DNA of 64,000 bases, from IMG/VR virus record IMGVR_UViG_3300025133_000036, positions 32,001 through 96,000 of that record, one strand, 5' to 3'. The DNA is from a virus. Positions 59,487-64,000 of the stretch are shown here, in pieces. The notes under the pieces are model-generated. The model was not told where the DNA came from, did not search any database, and saw only the letters and a list, made by a program, of their open reading frames with translations. Numbering within the stretch: position 1 is the first letter of the stretch; every line of letters starts with the position of its first letter. A program made the position numbers and the translations under genes.

Positions 59487-60849
59487 TTCATTACAAAAAT
59501 TTGGAACAGGATTCCAAACAAAGGTTATAACGTGTATTCTTGTAGACGAAGAGTTTATACAAACAATTTATGATATGATTCAACCTGAACAACTTGATAC
59601 TGAAGCTAAGCAGTGGATTGTTCGAGAAATCAAATCATATTTTTATGAGTATAAACACGTCCCAACACTTGATAGTTTAAAAGTAAAATTAAATTCTGTT
59701 AAAAGTGAGATATTAAAAGAGGCAATAATAGACGAACTTCGTCAAGTTATGAAGTACGTTGAAGCAACCGATTTAGCATTTGTAAAGGATCAGACATTAG
59801 AATTTTGTAAAAATCAAGCACTTAAAGCCGCAATAATGCAATCAGTTGACCTGTTACATCAGCAACGATATGATGAAATAAAACGTGTAGTTGATAATGC
59901 ATTACGAGCTGGAACACGAAGAGATATAGGTTTAAATTATGTAAAAGATTTTGATACTATATTAGAAGATGTTTCAAGATTGACGGTAAGTACTGGCTGG
60001 GACGCTGTAGATGGTATTACAGATGGCGGTTTAGCAGGAGGTGAATTAGGAATCGTTGTTGCACCTTCTGGTGTTGGTAAAAGCTGGTTATTGCAAGCGC
60101 TAGGTGCGAATGCGTTAAGAGCCGGAAAAAATGTTATGCATTATACACTTGAATTAAATCAAGCGTATGTTGGTTTGAGATATGCGGCGATATTTTCTAA
60201 GCTTGAAACTTCACAAATTAAAGAGCAAAAAGATAAAGTCAAAAAAATGATTACAGATCAAGTTAAAGGTGAATTGCTCATTAAATATTGGCCTTCAAAA
60301 TCCGCAACTGTACAGACCGTGTTTACACATCTAAAGACCGCGGAATTATTAGGCCATTCTCCAGATATAATACTATTAGATTATGCGGATTTACTAAATG
60401 ATACTTCAGGTCAAGGGGAAATCCGTCATCAGCTTGGAACAATTTATGAAGATTTACGAGGTTTAAGTGGAGAATTTAATGTTCCAATTTGGACCGCATC
60501 GCAATCAAATCGTTCAAGTATTGATTCAGAAACAATTGGAGCTGAAAAAATCGCAGAATCTTATAATAAAATAATGACCGCGGATTTCGTAATGAGTTTA
60601 TCTCGAAAAGTTGAAGATAAAATCGCAAATACCGGTAGAGTACATATAATTAAGAATAGATTCGGTCCCGATGGTTTAACATTTCCAACAACAATGAATA
60701 CCTCTAATGGCCAAATAGACGTTTATGAAGCCGGCAGCGGTAGCGGTGTTCAAGTGCAAAATAAAATGAAAAATGGGAATGAATATGTTAGGAAATTACT
60801 TAAAAAACGTTATGATGAATTTGAAACTGTTATTAATGAACCCGATTAA
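59470..60849 (+). CDS. Replicative DnaB-like helicase (gp41-like)
   Basis: Walker A APSGVGKS, HYTLEL, LDYADLL, WTASQSNR and KNRFG. Confidence 0.92.
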   Translation: MPPVIDSLQKFGTGFQTKVITCILVDEEFIQTIYDMIQPEQLDTEAKQWIVREIKSYFYEYKHVPTLDSLKVKLNSVKSEILKEAIIDELRQVMKYVEATDLAFVKDQTLEFCKNQALKAAIMQSVDLLHQQRYDEIKRVVDNALRAGTRRDIGLNYVKDFDTILEDVSRLTVSTGWDAVDGITDGGLAGGELGIVVAPSGVGKSWLLQALGANALRAGKNVMHYTLELNQAYVGLRYAAIFSKLETSQIKEQKDKVKKMITDQVKGELLIKYWPSKSATVQTVFTHLKTAELLGHSPDIILLDYADLLNDTSGQGEIRHQLGTIYEDLRGLSGEFNVPIWTASQSNRSSIDSETIGAEKIAESYNKIMTADFVMSLSRKVEDKIANTGRVHIIKNRFGPDGLTFPTTMNTSNGQIDVYEAGSGSGVQVQNKMKNGNEYVRKLLKKRYDEFETVINEPD

Positions 60850-60867
60850 AAGTTAAGGAGAGTTATT

Positions 60868-62841
60868 ATGAATGAAAAATTTACGTTGTCACTTGGGTTT
60901 ATAGATAAGTACAAAAGAAAAAAACCACCATTCGGATTTAATGGATTAGGAGAGTTAGTTTATATGCGGACCTATTCTCGCATAAAAGATGACGGTAAAA
61001 ATGAAATGTGGTGGGAAACTATTCAACGAGTTGTAGAAGGCACATATTCTATGCAAAAAAGTTGGATTGACCAACATCAACTTGGTTGGAATCCTTGGCA
61101 AGCACAAGCGTCTGCTCAAGAAATGTATGACAGAATGTTTAACATGAAGTTTTTACCTCCTGGTCGGGGGTTATGGGCGATGGGAACCGCGATAACAGAA
61201 GAAAAGAATCTTTACGCAGCGCTTAATAATTGTGCATTTGTATCTACAAAAACACTAAAAGAAGATCACGCAAAACCGTTTTGTTTTTTGATGGATGCGT
61301 CAATGTTAGGTGTAGGGGTCGGTTTTGATACAAAAGGTGCCGGCGAGATAATGATAAAAGGTATCGCGACTAACAGAGATGTACAACAGTATGAAATACC
61401 AGATACTCGTGAGGGGTGGGTAGATTCTGTTAGAATTCTATTAGAAAGTTATTTCCATGGAACTGCTCCAATTGAATTTGATTATACAAAAATAAGACCT
61501 GCAGGAATTCCAATTAAAGGTTTTGGAGGACAGTCAAGTGGACCGGATCCGTTAAAAGAAGTTCATGAAAAAATCCGGATAACTTTAGAAACCAATACTG
61601 GAGATCCAATTACAATAACTACAATCGTCAACATAATGAACCTTATTGGCAAGTGTGTAGTAGCAGGAAACGTAAGAAGAACTGCTGAGATCGTGTTTGG
61701 AGATCCAGATTCTGAAGAATATCTAGATCTTAAAAATTATAAAGTTAATCCTGAGAGAGAAGAATTTGGATGGACGTCAAATAATTCTATATTTGCAGAA
61801 CTTGGTATGGATTATACCGAATCAGCAAAAAGAATTATAGATAATGGTGAACCAGGATTCGCATGGTTAGAAAACATGAGAAAATATTCTCGCATGAAAA
61901 ATGGTGGAGACAATAAAGATCATCGTGCTATGGGTGGTAATCCTTGTTTAGAGCAAACATTAGAGTCTTATGAATTATGTTGTCTTGTTGAAACTTTTCC
62001 AAATAATCATGAGTCTTTGGATGATTATGCTAGAACATTAAAATACGCATATTTGTATGCAAAAACCGTCACTCTTGGTAAAACACAGTGGTCTGAAACA
62101 AATCGTGTAATGTTAAGAAATCGAAGAATAGGATGTTCAGTGAGTGGCGTTGCTCAATTTATCACCAATCACGGTTTAGGAGAATTAAAGACTTGGTTAA
62201 ATTCTGGATATGACGTTATACAAGAATGGGACAAAATGTATTCTGATTGGTTTGCAGTACCACGTTCAATCAAAACTACATCTGTTAAACCTAGCGGTAC
62301 AGTTTCACTCCTCGCGGGAGCAACACCTGGATTACATTACCCAGAAAGTCGATTCTATATACGAAGGATCCGATTAGGAATCAATTCAGAATTAATTATG
62401 CCACTAGAAAAAGCCGGATATAAAATAGAACCCGCATTCGGTTCAGAATCTACTACAGTTGTTGTTGAAGTTCCAGTCGATGCCGGTCAAGGTATCAGAA
62501 CAGTTAATGACTTATCTATTTGGGAACAATTCAGTTTAGCTGCATTTATGCAAAGACATTGGGCCGATAATCAGGTGAGCTGCACAGTCACATTTGATCC
62601 TAAAACAGAAGGCGTAGAATTACCTCAAGCATTAACTTACTTTCAATATCATTTAAAAGGAATCAGTTGTTTACCGAAACATGATTCTGGTGCTTATCGT
62701 CAAATGCCGTATGAAGAAATAGATAAAAAAACTTATAAAGGTATGCTTTTAAAATTAAAAAAATTAAGCTTTAGAAAAGTCAAAGGTAATGAGGCTATTG
62801 TTGAAAAATTTTGCGATGGAGATACGTGTGAACTTGAATAA
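60868..62841 (+). CDS. nrdJ: Class II (adenosylcobalamin-dependent, monomeric RTPR-like) ribonucleotide reductase
   Basis: RTYSR, PPGRGLW, LNNC, GNVRRTAE, NPCLEQ, VKPSGTVS and DNQVSCT; C-terminal CDGDTC. Confidence 0.9.
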   Translation: MNEKFTLSLGFIDKYKRKKPPFGFNGLGELVYMRTYSRIKDDGKNEMWWETIQRVVEGTYSMQKSWIDQHQLGWNPWQAQASAQEMYDRMFNMKFLPPGRGLWAMGTAITEEKNLYAALNNCAFVSTKTLKEDHAKPFCFLMDASMLGVGVGFDTKGAGEIMIKGIATNRDVQQYEIPDTREGWVDSVRILLESYFHGTAPIEFDYTKIRPAGIPIKGFGGQSSGPDPLKEVHEKIRITLETNTGDPITITTIVNIMNLIGKCVVAGNVRRTAEIVFGDPDSEEYLDLKNYKVNPEREEFGWTSNNSIFAELGMDYTESAKRIIDNGEPGFAWLENMRKYSRMKNGGDNKDHRAMGGNPCLEQTLESYELCCLVETFPNNHESLDDYARTLKYAYLYAKTVTLGKTQWSETNRVMLRNRRIGCSVSGVAQFITNHGLGELKTWLNSGYDVIQEWDKMYSDWFAVPRSIKTTSVKPSGTVSLLAGATPGLHYPESRFYIRRIRLGINSELIMPLEKAGYKIEPAFGSESTTVVVEVPVDAGQGIRTVNDLSIWEQFSLAAFMQRHWADNQVSCTVTFDPKTEGVELPQALTYFQYHLKGISCLPKHDSGAYRQMPYEEIDKKTYKGMLLKLKKLSFRKVKGNEAIVEKFCDGDTCELE

Positions 62842-62889
62842 AAATTCGATTTTGACGAAAATAAAATATATATAAAATAAAGAGGTTAT

Positions 62890-63759
62890 ATGCAAGGTTT
62901 TAAAAATCTTAATGAAATGTATTGGTATCTTTTAGCGGATCTTGATAGTGAAGGGCTAGAAGTTAGCAGTAGAGGTTCAAATCAAAAAGAAAAAATATAT
63001 GTTCAATGTGGATTTAATGATCCAACTGATTTACAAGTACTATATCCAAGTAGAAAATTTAATCAGGAATATGCAATGACTGAATGGTTGTGGTATTGTT
63101 CACTTGATTCAAACGTAAAAAACATAGGAAAATTGGCTCAACTATGGAAACGCATATCAGATGACAATAATCACGTTGAATCTAATTATGGTCCTTATTT
63201 CTTTAATCCCATTAATCAACCACATTTTCAAGGTAGTCAATGGGAATGGGTTAAAGAAGAACTAATTAATGATCCAGATAGTAGAAGAGCCTCGATTGTT
63301 ATTAATCAACCATATCATAAAGGAAAAAATCCATTAGACGTTCCATGTACACAATATGTTCAATTTTTCATTCGCCAAAATAAATTACACTTAGGCGTTT
63401 CAATGAGATCAAATGATATTGTTTATGGTTTAACCAATGATGCGTTTACATTCAGTTTATTTCAGCAGATGATGTATAATGAGTTAAAACTTAAAATGCC
63501 AGATTTAGAGCTTGGAACGTATAATCATTTTGCTGGATCGATGCATGTGTATGAAATGCATTATGAAATGGCAAGCAAAATCTTATCAGAATCCGAATAT
63601 ATCAATGAGAAAACTGATAGGAAATTTAAGCTTAAAGAAGATATCACATGGAATGTTATGATGAAAGATATAAATCCAAAATCAAAACTTATTGCGGATT
63701 CTCCTAAAGACGAAATTTTAGAGTATGTTAAAGAAAAAGAAAAGGAATTATTTGAATGA
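62890..63759 (+). CDS. Thymidylate synthase-family enzyme, dCMP-hydroxymethylase-like
   Basis: SNYG, DSRRA, catalytic PC, MRSNDIVYGLTND (Asp at the position of ThyA Asn177) and AGSMHVYE. Confidence 0.8.
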   Translation: MQGFKNLNEMYWYLLADLDSEGLEVSSRGSNQKEKIYVQCGFNDPTDLQVLYPSRKFNQEYAMTEWLWYCSLDSNVKNIGKLAQLWKRISDDNNHVESNYGPYFFNPINQPHFQGSQWEWVKEELINDPDSRRASIVINQPYHKGKNPLDVPCTQYVQFFIRQNKLHLGVSMRSNDIVYGLTNDAFTFSLFQQMMYNELKLKMPDLELGTYNHFAGSMHVYEMHYEMASKILSESEYINEKTDRKFKLKEDITWNVMMKDINPKSKLIADSPKDEILEYVKEKEKELFE

Positions 63760-64000
63760 TAGTATTTGTTGAAGGTTTATCAAAATCCGGAAAAACTCTT
63801 TTAATAAATAAATATTGTAAAAAATATCCTGATGCTGTAAGGTTCAAGGGAGCCGGACAAATTGTCATAGGATATGGCAATCGTTGGGATGAATACAATT
63901 ATTGGATGCATAATATTGTTGAGCGAATGGACGAATTAAATGATTACAAAAAAGTAATACTTTGGGACAGAGGACTTACTGAATCTGTATATGGTAATTC
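63756..64000 (+). CDS. dNMP/thymidylate-kinase-like P-loop protein, 3'-truncated by the window
   Basis: Not in the ORF track. ATGA overlap with the upstream gene; reads MIVFVEGLSKSGKT...VILWDRGLTESVYG. Confidence 0.8.
   Translation, partial: MIVFVEGLSKSGKTLLINKYCKKYPDAVRFKGAGQIVIGYGNRWDEYNYWMHNIVERMDELNDYKKVILWDRGLTESVYGN

Noticed and set aside
57374-62841. Inteins or introns in RecA, helicase or RNR
   Set aside because: Protein lengths are normal; no intein termini or homing endonuclease motifs were seen.
1-64000. Genome-wide stop-codon reassignment as the explanation for the in-frame TGA
   Set aside because: Genes are full length and tightly packed in code 11, and TAA, TAG and TGA all serve as real stops.

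Overview
This window is 64 kb of a large, AT-rich, T4-like (myovirus) phage genome with every real gene on the + strand in the standard genetic code. It runs through a head module (portal, prohead protease, small putative internal head proteins, ribosomal protein bS21, scaffold, major capsid), then neck and tail-terminator genes. Next come three very large collagen-like fibre genes, followed directly by three 2OG-Fe(II) oxygenases, three glycosyltransferases and a nucleotide-sugar epimerase. A contractile tail and baseplate module and a replication/nucleotide module (compact PolA, NUDIX, SSB, RecA/UvsX, 5'-3' exonuclease, helicase, class II RNR, dCMP-hydroxymethylase-like enzyme, dNMP kinase) complete the window. 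The two strongest signals are missed by the ORF track and sit side by side at 55.8-56.5 kb: (1) a SelW/Rdx-family selenoprotein gene with an in-frame CxxU UGA and a bacterial SECIS-like hairpin, and (2) an approximately 430-nt, highly base-paired, probably pseudoknotted RNA closed by an 18-bp terminal stem. Also notable are the collagen-fibre plus hydroxylase/glycosyltransferase cassette, a -1 slippery site in the tail chaperone genes and a shared N-terminal capsid-targeting-like leader. All family calls come from motif recognition by eye; no database search or folding program was run.
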